A DNA stretch of 64,000 bases, taken from positions 128,001 to 192,000 of the forward strand of contig JAYFMW010000017.1 in assembly GCA_042408215.1 (NCBI GenBank). Direction: 5' to 3'. Shown here one piece after another: positions 55,508-64,000 of this stretch (the stretch's first letter is position 1; each line of letters begins with the position of its first letter). Below the pieces are notes generated by a model, which saw only the letters and a program-made list of their open reading frames with translations, was not told where the DNA came from and did no database searches. This stretch comes from Microcoleus sp. (GTDB lineage Bacteria > Cyanobacteriota > Cyanobacteriia > Cyanobacteriales > Microcoleaceae). The position numbers were made by a program, and so were the translations under genes.

Positions 55508-56815
55508 ATGGGAGTTCAGCAAGTATTGCTGTCGCCCAATCAGGAGCTTCAAGCATTGTTAGAGTATCTCTGTCAGCAATCTGGCAAGCTTTACAATAGT
55601 GGCGTTTACTTGGCTCGTCAAACTTTTTTCAATACAGGAAAACTGTTGGCTGGAAAGTTTGACTTATCTTTTGAATCGTCAGTTGCGAAGTCAATGGTTG
55701 CTAAGTCGTTGCCATCAACACCAATGCAACAAACATTGATGTCAGTCACGGAAGCCTTCAAATCTTTTAAAGAATTAAGAGATTTGCACATCAAAGGTCA
55801 ATTGCACTTTAAGCCCAAGCCACCAGGATATCTTACGGGCGCTAAGTTGTTCAAAGTAGCTTATCCTAATTCTGGAGGTTTACAGCCTAAACTTGTTGGC
55901 AATCAGTTAAGGTTTTCCTTGGGGTTAACGGTGAAGCGATGGTTTGGAGTCTCTGAATTCTTTCTACCTATGCCATCAAATCTGAATTTTTCAAAAGTTA
56001 AAGAGTTTACAATCCTCCCTAAGAATGGCGCTTTTTATCTGGAAACGTCCTATGAGGTTGAAAAAGAACAACATAATTTGGACATCAATCAAGCATTGTC
56101 AATCGACCTGGGGACTGCTGACAATTTAGCAGCTTGTGTCGATACACTGGGAAATTCCTTCCTGATTGATGCTCGCGCCATGAAAGCGATGAATCAACTG
56201 TGGAACAAAAAAGTAGCAACTAGAAAAGAAGGAAAGCCCGAAGGCTATTGGGACAATTGGTTAGACCGCGTAACTCGCAAACGTAATCACCAAATGCGTG
56301 ATGGTATCAATAAGGCTGCGAAGTTGATTGTCAGTCATTGCTTGAAATACAGCGTTGGGAACATTGTTTGCGGTTGGAATCAAGGTTTTAAATCTCATGT
56401 CAATATGGGCAAAAAGAACAATCAAAAGTTTGTTCAGATGCCTTTAGGAAAGCTTAGAGACAGATTAAACCAACTGTGCGATTTACACGGTATTAAATTT
56501 ACAGAAACTGAAGAAGCGTATACGTCTAAAGCCAGTTTTCTTGATGGAGACTCCCTGCCCAAGTATGGTGAAAAACCGGAAGGGTGGAAAGCATCTGGAA
56601 AACGGATTAAGCGTGGATTGTATCAGTCCGCTGATGGAGTTGTGGTGAATGCAGACTTAAATGGTTCTGCCAACATTCTCAGAAAAGTAGTCAGTAAGTT
56701 AGGTGCAAACCTTGACCGACTGAATAGACGGGTTTTGACGACCGTAGCGAGAGTTAGACTTTGGGTATTACCTAAATCTACTCTGTCTGCAGAATCTCAG
56801 TGGCTTCAGCCCTGA
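55508..56815 (+). CDS. tnpB: TnpB RNA-guided nuclease (no Zn finger; non-canonical RuvC-II)
   Basis: SIDLG (RuvC-I), GWNQG, TEEAYTSKASFLD, NADLNGSANI (RuvC-III). Confidence 0.88.
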   Translation: MGVQQVLLSPNQELQALLEYLCQQSGKLYNSGVYLARQTFFNTGKLLAGKFDLSFESSVAKSMVAKSLPSTPMQQTLMSVTEAFKSFKELRDLHIKGQLHFKPKPPGYLTGAKLFKVAYPNSGGLQPKLVGNQLRFSLGLTVKRWFGVSEFFLPMPSNLNFSKVKEFTILPKNGAFYLETSYEVEKEQHNLDINQALSIDLGTADNLAACVDTLGNSFLIDARAMKAMNQLWNKKVATRKEGKPEGYWDNWLDRVTRKRNHQMRDGINKAAKLIVSHCLKYSVGNIVCGWNQGFKSHVNMGKKNNQKFVQMPLGKLRDRLNQLCDLHGIKFTETEEAYTSKASFLDGDSLPKYGEKPEGWKASGKRIKRGLYQSADGVVVNADLNGSANILRKVVSKLGANLDRLNRRVLTTVARVRLWVLPKSTLSAESQWLQP

Positions 56816-56941
56816 GAGTGTCAAGGTAAAAGAACATTTTTTTTGAGAAATTGACCGAAAGCATCCAGGGTACAAAGCCCCGGATCTATCTGTGGGGTCG
56901 CTTTCTTCAATTCTTCAATCTCAAATCTCCAATCAATTGAC

Positions 56942-57144
56942 CAAAAAACTGGGATACAAGCCCCGTCCTAGAAGGACGGCTTTTTGCTAGAATACAGATA
57001 GTCGCCTCGCGGGCATTGGGAGACTCTAAACGGACGTGGAGCGACGGTAAGACGTACGGACACGGCACTGCCGTGTCCCTGCGGAGCGCGTTGCTATGAA
57101 GCGTCAAGGAATCCTCGGACTTGATAGACGGGGAGGTATGTCAA
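56942..57144 (+). mobile_element. 203-bp ORF-less IS200/IS605 derivative (left end + TnpB reRNA-like scaffold)
   Basis: TTGAC|caaaaaactgggatacaagccccgtcctagaaggacggc ... ggagcgacggtaagac..gcgttgctatgaagcgtcaaggaatcctc..ggggaggtatgTCAA|. Confidence 0.78.
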
Positions 57145-57217
57145 ATTGTTAGCCCAATTCGAGATAGGATAAAGGTCAATTTTGATTGCGGATTTCCATT
57201 CCATTTCTCAAAACATT

Positions 57218-57465
57218 GTCAGTAACTCAGCCCTAAAGGGACTAAGCTTGTAAGAGCAATCAAGCAAGCTGTATTGACCAGCCTAAAGTCTTAACTGACT
57301 ACGTTATTCGAGTCACGACACCCCGGAATGCGAAGCTAGTTCCTTGCTCTGTCATCTGCAATTAAACAGTCTTAAAGTCACGCTCGACAGTGTTGCAGGT
57401 CTAAAAAGCTCAAATAACATTGTCCTGAACCTTGTGAAGGATCGCATTACCCAGCAATGGGTTTG
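57218..57465 (+). ncRNA. HEARO/omega-RNA-like scaffold, second copy
   Basis: gtcagta..gcttg..caagc..tattgaccagcctaa..ctacgtt..gacac..tgcgaagctagtt..gctctgtcatctgc..ttaaacag..cagtgttgcagg..aacattg..attaccc. Confidence 0.78.
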
Positions 57466-57601
57466 GAGACAACCATATCTCCCTAGAGGGGCAACCATAC
57501 CCCTCTACCCCGCAAGGGGATTCACTCTTGACTGAAGTCCCCGAACCGCTTCCCTCTCAGGTCTAAAGACGCTGAGTTTCCCGCATCCCGAACTTTTTTT
57601 T
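57218..57601 (+). mobile_element. Non-autonomous IS200/IS605-family element carrying a HEARO/omega-RNA scaffold but no iscB ORF
   Basis: Scaffold aligns with 3027-3262 (minus); far end read on the minus strand TTCAT|aaaaaaaagttcgggatgcgggaaactcag..ctgagagggaagcgg matches the left end at 54908. Confidence 0.8.
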
Positions 57602-58000
57602 ATGAAGCATTACCTTTCCCGTCTGCTAGCCCTGGTATTAGTTGTGGTCATCGGCGTAGCGGGCTGTACCAATGTTCCAAGCACTCTGAGTGGAGATTAT
57701 CGCCAAGACACATTAGGATTAGTGAACAGCTTGAGAACTGCGATCGCCCTACCAGATGGCGCACCGGAAAAAGCAGCCGCTCAAGCAGATGCACGCAAAC
57801 AAATTAATGATTTTGCCGCTGCTTACCGTCGCGATCCCGCCCTGACAAAGCTTTCATCTTTCACAACAATGCGAACGGCATTAAACTCTTTGGCAGGACA
57901 TTACAGTTCCTATCCAAATCGTCCCGTTCCTGAGAAGTTGAAAAAGCGTCTTGAGTCAGAATTTCAGCAAGTAGAATCTGCTCTGAACCGAGGCTCTTGA
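57602..58000 (+). CDS. psb27: Photosystem II assembly lipoprotein Psb27
   Basis: Lipobox VAGC, LSGDYRQDT and SFTTMRTALNSLAGHYSSYPNRPVP motifs. Confidence 0.95.
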   Translation: MKHYLSRLLALVLVVVIGVAGCTNVPSTLSGDYRQDTLGLVNSLRTAIALPDGAPEKAAAQADARKQINDFAAAYRRDPALTKLSSFTTMRTALNSLAGHYSSYPNRPVPEKLKKRLESEFQQVESALNRGS

Positions 58001-58537
58001 GTTAAAAGTTTTGAGGTGTAGGGCCATCCTCCCGTGGTTGGCAGTTTTGAGTTTTAAGTTATGATTCCCATACTTAAAAGCATCAAAAATTCCAACTCAC
58101 AAAGTCAATATTTAAAGACGAAGGATAAATTTTATGAATTTATCCTTCATCCTTTAAATTTGAGTCAAAACAATTTTAATCTGAAATATCAACTGCTTTG
58201 AGCGCCCACTGTAGCAGGGCGTTTTTTCTGTTATAGCGGTTTTATGAATGAAGTGAGGTACAGGAGGCAATTGGCAATTCACTTCTATGAAAAGGAAACA
58301 TCTATGCCCTATGCCCTATGCCCTATGCCCTATGCCCATGAGCACCTCCAGAAACCTGAGAAAGGCTATAGATTTTTCTCAGCTCGTGGCAATTCATAAA
58401 TTGTCACGCTCCAGAATTTGCATTCTGCGATCGACTTGTGCCATAAATAGATAAACAAAAAAACAAGCAAGTTTGTAGCTGTGCAAAACTGCGCGATCGA
58501 TCCCAAATTTTTCCTAGCAAACCACATTAAATTACCC

Positions 58538-60193
58538 ATGAAAATTGCACAAACTCGCATCGCGATTTCTCAAAACCAGCGACGCTTTTTAAGTGCGGTA
58601 AGTGCTGTTTTAACCAGTAGCTTTGTCAGCCAGCTTATCTGGCCATTTATCGAAAATCAACCTGCTTTTGCCCAAAGATCAGCCTATTGTCAATTAGCCA
58701 AAGAGCAAGTAAATCAAAAAGAAGACTTGCGCCGCGCCGCACTCTCAGGAAAACCCGAATCTCAGCAAGCATATTTTGCTGTTTTGAACAAACACGCCCG
58801 GGAAATAGCAGAATGCCGCCAAAAAACTTGGCCGCAAACTCAAGCAGTCTGGCTGCGTCTGTATCCCTGCGATGTCAGAGCCGGAGAACTCGATCGAGTA
58901 TTAGACAAAGTTGTGAATAAAGGCTACAACCAAGTCTATATAGAAACATTTTATGACGGTCAAGTGCTGCTACCAGTCGCAGACAATCCTACGCCTTGGC
59001 CTTCTGTAGTGAGAAATCCCGGCTACGAGAAATACGATTTGCTAGAAAAGGCGATCGCCAAGGGAAAGCAACGAGGTTTAAAAGTTTACGCCTGGTTATT
59101 TACCATGAACTTTGGCTATACCTATTCTCAGCGTGAAGACAGACAGCAAGCCCTCGCAAAAAACGGTCAAAATCAGACAAGTTTAACAGTAGTTGAAGAC
59201 GGAGTAATCAACGATGAATTCGGAGAAGTTCCGGGAAATCAAGCCTTTATCGATCCCTACAGTACCCAAGGGCGGCAAGACTATTCCTTGTTGGTAAATC
59301 AAGTGCTAAAACGCCGGCCACAAGGAATGTTATTTGACTACATTCGCTATCTGCGAGGCGTCGGCGCAGCTTCAGTTTCTACCAAAGTTCAAGACTTGTG
59401 GATTTACGGTTCAGCATCGCAGCAAGCTCTTTTGCAGCGGGCTAGCAATCAACAAGGGCGAGATTTAATCCAGCGATATTTGACGAAAGGATTTGTTAAT
59501 ACTAACGACGTTCAAGCCGTAGTAAAACAGTATCCGACTGAGCAAGAACCTCTTTGGCAAGGGCGAACTCCGCGGCCGATACTGGTAGCAACTCCCGTTT
59601 TAATAAGGCAGAATTCTACAGCAACTACAGCTTCAAAAAAACCCGCTACTGGCCGGCCAAATGTTCCGACACCAACACCCACACCAACACCCACACCAAC
59701 ACCGAAGCTTCCTGACACTGGTACTCTGCAAAAAGACCTTTGGCAACTGAGTGTTGCTCACGCAGTTCAAGGAATTTTGGAATTTTTTGGAATGGCAATT
59801 CAACCCGCTCAAAGAATGGGAATGCCTGTAGGAGCGGTATTTTTTCCGAATGGGAATCAAACCATAAATCAAGGGGGATTTGATTCGAGATTGCAGCCTT
59901 GGGACAGATTTCCGGCTGCTGTGGAATTTCACGCCATGTCTTACGGAAATTGCGGGGATGTAAGCTGTATTGTGCCGCAAGTGCAGCGGACGCTGAGTTT
60001 AGCACCTCCGGGAGCAAAAATCATTCCGGCGATCGCGGGTGATTGGGGAAAACCGCTAAAAAATCGGCCATCTTTGGAAGTTCAAATGCGGGCAATTCGC
60101 TCTGCTACGCCACAAATTAATGCAGTGAGTCATTTTTCTTTCGGGTGGCAAGAACCCGAGGATGAAAGGGCGCGACAAAGTTGTCGGTGGTAG
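58538..60193 (+). CDS. Glycoside hydrolase-like family 10 (DUF187) protein
   Basis: AVWLRLYPCD, GYNQVYIE, VYAW and LFDYIRY motifs; short PT tract. Confidence 0.7.
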   Translation: MKIAQTRIAISQNQRRFLSAVSAVLTSSFVSQLIWPFIENQPAFAQRSAYCQLAKEQVNQKEDLRRAALSGKPESQQAYFAVLNKHAREIAECRQKTWPQTQAVWLRLYPCDVRAGELDRVLDKVVNKGYNQVYIETFYDGQVLLPVADNPTPWPSVVRNPGYEKYDLLEKAIAKGKQRGLKVYAWLFTMNFGYTYSQREDRQQALAKNGQNQTSLTVVEDGVINDEFGEVPGNQAFIDPYSTQGRQDYSLLVNQVLKRRPQGMLFDYIRYLRGVGAASVSTKVQDLWIYGSASQQALLQRASNQQGRDLIQRYLTKGFVNTNDVQAVVKQYPTEQEPLWQGRTPRPILVATPVLIRQNSTATTASKKPATGRPNVPTPTPTPTPTPTPKLPDTGTLQKDLWQLSVAHAVQGILEFFGMAIQPAQRMGMPVGAVFFPNGNQTINQGGFDSRLQPWDRFPAAVEFHAMSYGNCGDVSCIVPQVQRTLSLAPPGAKIIPAIAGDWGKPLKNRPSLEVQMRAIRSATPQINAVSHFSFGWQEPEDERARQSCRW

Positions 60194-60835
60194 GGGGAAT
60201 GATCTCAAATCCGGGTTCATTATCGGCTCGATCGGCGGTTGAAACCGCGACTACACAAACGAAGTCTGCCTCCGCAGACTAAGAGATCAAGGGGTATCTA
60301 ACTGTTGGATAAACTCTTGATGTGCATCACTATTTAATCCGGTTTGAAGGGTGGCGATCGCACTTGACATATCCCCCTCCAACAGTGCCGAAACAGCCAG
60401 CCACAGCCCCGGAAAAACTCGGCTGCGGATAATTCCTGCTGCATCGGGGACAAGAGAAATATATTCTTCTTCCTGCAAGGAAAACCAATCGAGCCGGCGA
60501 TCCATGACTTGCCAAACCAGATATTCTTTCAGCTTGCTGCGACGGTAAACACGCTTTTTGTCCCGTAGGTCGATCGTAGCCGTACTAGCAGCAATTTCGG
60601 CAACAAATTCCGGTGCACCTTCGATGTAGCCATCATCACTAAGGTGAGTTTGGCCACCATATCGGGAATCAATCAGCAATACAGCATCCGGTTGAGGTTC
60701 GTTATCCACATCGAGACGCACGGTGGGATTATCGCCTATGCGAGTATGCGGGGTAAAAGCAGCATAAAAGCCAAGACAAGTCATCAGGCGAGCATGGGGT
60801 TCAGCGTGGGGTTCAAAGCGTAAGGGTGAAGCCAT

Positions 60836-62125
60836 TTGACACTCCCCGCCCTAAAGGGCTAGGATTCTTCGCTCACAGGGAGAAGCCTTGTAAAAGCAGT
60901 GCCTTTACTTGGTCTTACTCTCCCTCCCGAAGCAGTAGCGGTATGCCCTACCGCCAAAATTCGTAAACCTTCATCTCGAATATTCTTGGCGGCATTGATG
61001 TCTCTGTCGTGGCTTTCTCCACACTTAGCACATTGCCAGTTACGAATATCTAAACTCAAACTATTTACACGATTTAAGCAGTTATTACAAGTCTTAGAAC
61101 TGGGATAGAATCTATCTACTTCGATGTAGGTTTTTCCTTCCCACTCAGACTTATATTTTAACATGGTACAAAATTGACCCCATCCAGCATCACTAATTGA
61201 TTTTGCTAATTTGTGGCTTTTAACCATGTTTCTAACTGCTAAATTCTCTACAACGATGACTTGGTTTGCGTCAACTAATTTACGACTTAGTTTGTGTAGA
61301 AAATCTTCGCGACATCGGACGATCTTAGCGTGAACCTTAGCAACCTTAACCCTAGCCTTATTGAGGTTATTAGACCCTTTCAGCTTACGGCTTAATTGCT
61401 TTTGTCTTCTGGCTAATTTCTTCTCATATTTTCTGTAATATTTAGGATTCCCATGTTTAGTACCATCTGAGGTAATAGCGTAATGGGTTAAACCAACGTC
61501 TATGCCAATCGCTTTTCCTTTTGATGATTTTTCAGGTAAATCTTTACCGTCATCATAGAGACAAGCCGCAAAATATTCTCCCGATGGATTAACAGAAACC
61601 GTAACAGATTTTAAAGTTCCTTCTGGTTGTCTTGAGACTTTACAATACACCTCACCAATTTTAGGTATGATCAAGGTATTGTCTTTAAATTTAAAACCTT
61701 GGGGAAATCTAATAGACTGCCGATTCTGTTTCTTCTTAAAGTTAGGATACTTAGCCCTACCTTCAAAGAAATTAAGGAAAGCACTAGAAAGATTTAAAGC
61801 CGCTTGCTGTAACACTTGTGACGGTGCTTCTGTCAGCCACTCATATTCTTTCTTCAGGGAAGGTAGCAGATTGATTATTTCATTTCTACTCAAACCTTTT
61901 CCCGTTTGCTCATAGGTTTCAGACGTTAGATTGAGAGCGTAATTGTAAAACCATCTGGCACAGCCAAACGACTTGGCGAGCAAAATTGCTTGCTCACTTG
62001 TCGGATAGATTCTGTACTTGAACGCTTTCAACATCTTACTTGCCAATCTATTGACACTATGGTAACACAGAAAAACCTAAATGCAAAGCCGTCGTGAACG
62101 ACGGGGTTTTAAACCCAGTTTTCTG
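60836..62125 (-). mobile_element. tnpB-only IS200/IS605 element (IS1341-like), 1290 bp
   Basis: TTGAT|cagaaaactgggtttaaaaccccgtcgttcacgacggc ... gaatcctagccctttagggcggggagtgTCAA|; removal restores the Uma2 frame without a target duplication. Confidence 0.92.
60859..62046 (-). CDS. tnpB: TnpB RNA-guided nuclease, catalytic residues intact
   Basis: KAFKYRIYP HTH, GIDVG, VENL, CNNC/CAKC Zn finger, DRDINAAKNI. Confidence 0.95.
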   Translation of the reverse strand: MASKMLKAFKYRIYPTSEQAILLAKSFGCARWFYNYALNLTSETYEQTGKGLSRNEIINLLPSLKKEYEWLTEAPSQVLQQAALNLSSAFLNFFEGRAKYPNFKKKQNRQSIRFPQGFKFKDNTLIIPKIGEVYCKVSRQPEGTLKSVTVSVNPSGEYFAACLYDDGKDLPEKSSKGKAIGIDVGLTHYAITSDGTKHGNPKYYRKYEKKLARRQKQLSRKLKGSNNLNKARVKVAKVHAKIVRCREDFLHKLSRKLVDANQVIVVENLAVRNMVKSHKLAKSISDAGWGQFCTMLKYKSEWEGKTYIEVDRFYPSSKTCNNCLNRVNSLSLDIRNWQCAKCGESHDRDINAAKNIRDEGLRILAVGHTATASGGRVRPSKGTAFTRLLPVSEES

Positions 62126-62422
62126 ATCAACAATTCCTTCAATCAATTCTGCTTTTTTGAGTTTTGGCATGGCTGTATAGCGCCGCTCGAATTCGCCACG
62201 GCTGAGCAAGTCGCCATTTTCTAAAGGGGGGATACTGATGTTGCTGAGATTGGTTGGAGCGATCGTGGCTTTTCTCCTGTTGTGATGCGTCGGTATCTTG
62301 GATTTTAGCTAATTTTAGGCAAATTTGTACGATCGTCTTTTAAAATGTTCTTATTTGCTACAATAGTCATATCAAGTTTATTTAAAAATACTGGATAAAA
62401 GTTAACACAAAGGAGTATTTAT

Positions 62423-63586
62423 ATGGTAACTCAGCCAAAAATAGATCGGCAAATATCCAATCAAGATTCGATTTATGACTTAAATTTGAGTCAAGAAGAT
62501 AACGATGATGAACCTTATGAAAAAGACAGATTGATATATGACCCTGAGAAAATTAATATTTTCACCAAAGAACCAACCATCGAGCAACTCCTAAGAAGAA
62601 TCGATGAGGCAGCTCTTGACTTAGCACCAGACTTTCAGCGCCATGCAAACATCTGGAAAGATGACGCTAAAAGCAGACTGATTGAGTCGATCCTGATTCG
62701 GATTCCATTACCAGCTTTTTATATAGATGCAACTAATGAAGATAAATGGTTAGTTGTGGATGGATTGCAGCGGCTATCTGCTCTCAAGCAATTTATGAGC
62801 GATAAAAAACTGAAGTTACGTGGACTAGAATACTTGATCAATTTAGAAGGCAAAAATTATGATGAAATCGGGCGCAGATACCAGCGTCGAATAGAGGAGA
62901 CTCAGGTGACAGTTTATTTGATTGGAAAAGGTACGCCTCCTGAAGTTAAATATAATATTTTTAAACGGATTAATACAGGTGGATTGCCGATGTCTCCTCA
63001 AGAACTCCGCCATGCTCTCAACCCCGGTAAAGCAACAAAATTTTTAGCTAGGTTGGCTCTTTTACCAGAATTTCAGCAAGTTACTAATATTAGCAAATTG
63101 CGTAAAATGCGGATGGATGACAGAGAGTTTATACTGGGGTTTCTAGCTTTTACACTTACATCTTATCAAGATTATAAAAATGACACAAATGACAACAGGA
63201 ATGTGTTTTTAAGTCGCGCTTTATTTAAGGTAAATAATTTGAATGAAGAACAATTAAATATGACTGAAAAAAAATTCAAAAAATCTATGATTGCAGCGTT
63301 TGAAATTTTCGGTAAAAGTGCTTTTCGTAAAATCTCTCACAATCAAAAGAAGCTGTATCCAATTAACAAAGCATTGTTTGAATGTTGGTCAGTTACTCTC
63401 AGTCAACTTACGGAAGAACAAATTACTGTATTGAAAAAGCAAAAGCAAAAGCAAAATTTAATTGAAAAATTCATCTATTATGTAGATAACGATCCAGATT
63501 TTCTGGCATCTATATCTCAGGCCGCTGACAAAATAGAGTACAGATTTAGAAAAATTGAACAAATAATTAACGAGGTGCTGGCATGA
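62423..63586 (+). CDS. DUF262 (ParB-like/GmrS N-terminal) domain protein
   Basis: PDFQR...W...KSRLIESIL, VVDGLQRL and IFKRINTGG motifs. Confidence 0.85.
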   Translation: MVTQPKIDRQISNQDSIYDLNLSQEDNDDEPYEKDRLIYDPEKINIFTKEPTIEQLLRRIDEAALDLAPDFQRHANIWKDDAKSRLIESILIRIPLPAFYIDATNEDKWLVVDGLQRLSALKQFMSDKKLKLRGLEYLINLEGKNYDEIGRRYQRRIEETQVTVYLIGKGTPPEVKYNIFKRINTGGLPMSPQELRHALNPGKATKFLARLALLPEFQQVTNISKLRKMRMDDREFILGFLAFTLTSYQDYKNDTNDNRNVFLSRALFKVNNLNEEQLNMTEKKFKKSMIAAFEIFGKSAFRKISHNQKKLYPINKALFECWSVTLSQLTEEQITVLKKQKQKQNLIEKFIYYVDNDPDFLASISQAADKIEYRFRKIEQIINEVLA

Positions 63587-64000
63587 TTACTTCACTAAAT
63601 TTGCTTAACTTCAAACCTTTTGCAAATCAATTGTTAGAATTCCGAAAGTTGACTTTATTTTCTGGTCTAAATAGCACTGGTAAATCTTCGGTATTGCAAT
63701 CGTTCCTGCTACTGCGACAATCTTATCAACAGGGTTTATTGCCACAAAAAGGGTTGGCGCTTAATGGGGACTTAGTGAAGATTGGTACTGCTCAAGACGC
63801 ACTGTTTGAAGGAGCTAAAGAGGAATTAATTGGTTTTGACATTGTTTGGGAAAACAACAGCAAGGGGGTATGGACTTTTAAATATGACAAAGAGGTAGAT
63901 GTGTTGAACATTGATTCGGAACAAGTTAGTTCAGAAGTGTATCAATCGAATCTTTTTGGTAAGAACTTTCACTACCTTCAGGCAGAACGGATCGGGCCGC
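63583..64000 (+). CDS. AAA/ABC-type ATPase (DUF3696-associated type), truncated by the window end
   Basis: Manual translation MITSLNLLNFKPF...LFSGLNSTGKSSVLQSFLLLRQS...YLQAERIGP; ATGA overlap with the DUF262 stop. Confidence 0.8.
   Translation, partial: MITSLNLLNFKPFANQLLEFRKLTLFSGLNSTGKSSVLQSFLLLRQSYQQGLLPQKGLALNGDLVKIGTAQDALFEGAKEELIGFDIVWENNSKGVWTFKYDKEVDVLNIDSEQVSSEVYQSNLFGKNFHYLQAERIGP

Larger units (their letters stand above)
54908..56824 (+). mobile_element. IS605-group element with divergent tnpA (nonsense-disrupted) and tnpB
   Basis: TTCAT|caaaggaacacgggatgcgggaaactcag left end; right end gaatctcagtggcttcagccctgagagtgTCAA|. Confidence 0.88.
60287..62266 (-). pseudogene. Uma2-family endonuclease split by an IS insertion (N-part 62126-62266, C-part 60287-60835)
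   Basis: [36 protein letters not shown] joins in frame to MASPLRF...EPQPDA...PEFVAEIAAS. Confidence 0.88.

Noticed and set aside
57344..57535. 63-aa ORF as a remnant of iscB
   Set aside because: It lies within the RNA scaffold and has no PLMP/RRXRR, RuvC or HNH motif
1..64000. tRNA, rRNA, integrase or prophage genes
   Set aside because: None recognised by eye; tRNAscan and Rfam were not run, so short RNAs could be missed

Overview
Chromosomal window from a filamentous cyanobacterium. The evidence is abundant HIP1 octamers (GCGATCGC), heptamer STRR arrays, and phycocyanin, PSII and b6f genes; the repeat style suggests an Oscillatoriales/Microcoleus-like organism (inference). Core genes: rodA, pxcA, rhomboid, tatC, a lone ccmK-like gene, petC-petA, psbQ, pepN, fbaB, the cpcBA-linker-cpcD-cpcE/F operon, a P-type ATPase, recF and psb27. 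Accessory content: two tandem RTX/Ca-binding surface proteins, a 2701-aa repeat adhesin-like protein inside a partial rhomboid duplication, an HTH-Uma2 fusion, an ABC-ATPase + TOPRIM-like pair inside the cpc operon, and a DUF262 + ATPase pair at the right edge. The most notable layer is mostly invisible in the ORF track: at least seven IS200/IS605-family elements, only two of which still carry tnpB. Two are ORF-less HEARO/omega-RNA (IscB-type guide scaffold) elements, each inserted exactly at the ATGAA start codon of a conserved gene (pxcA, psb27). Three are tnpB-less elements that keep their ends and an apparent reRNA scaffold, one of them with a ribbon-helix-helix gene. Several +1 insertions (petA, second RTX gene) look like sequencing errors. 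All calls come from reading the sequence by eye; no searches were run.
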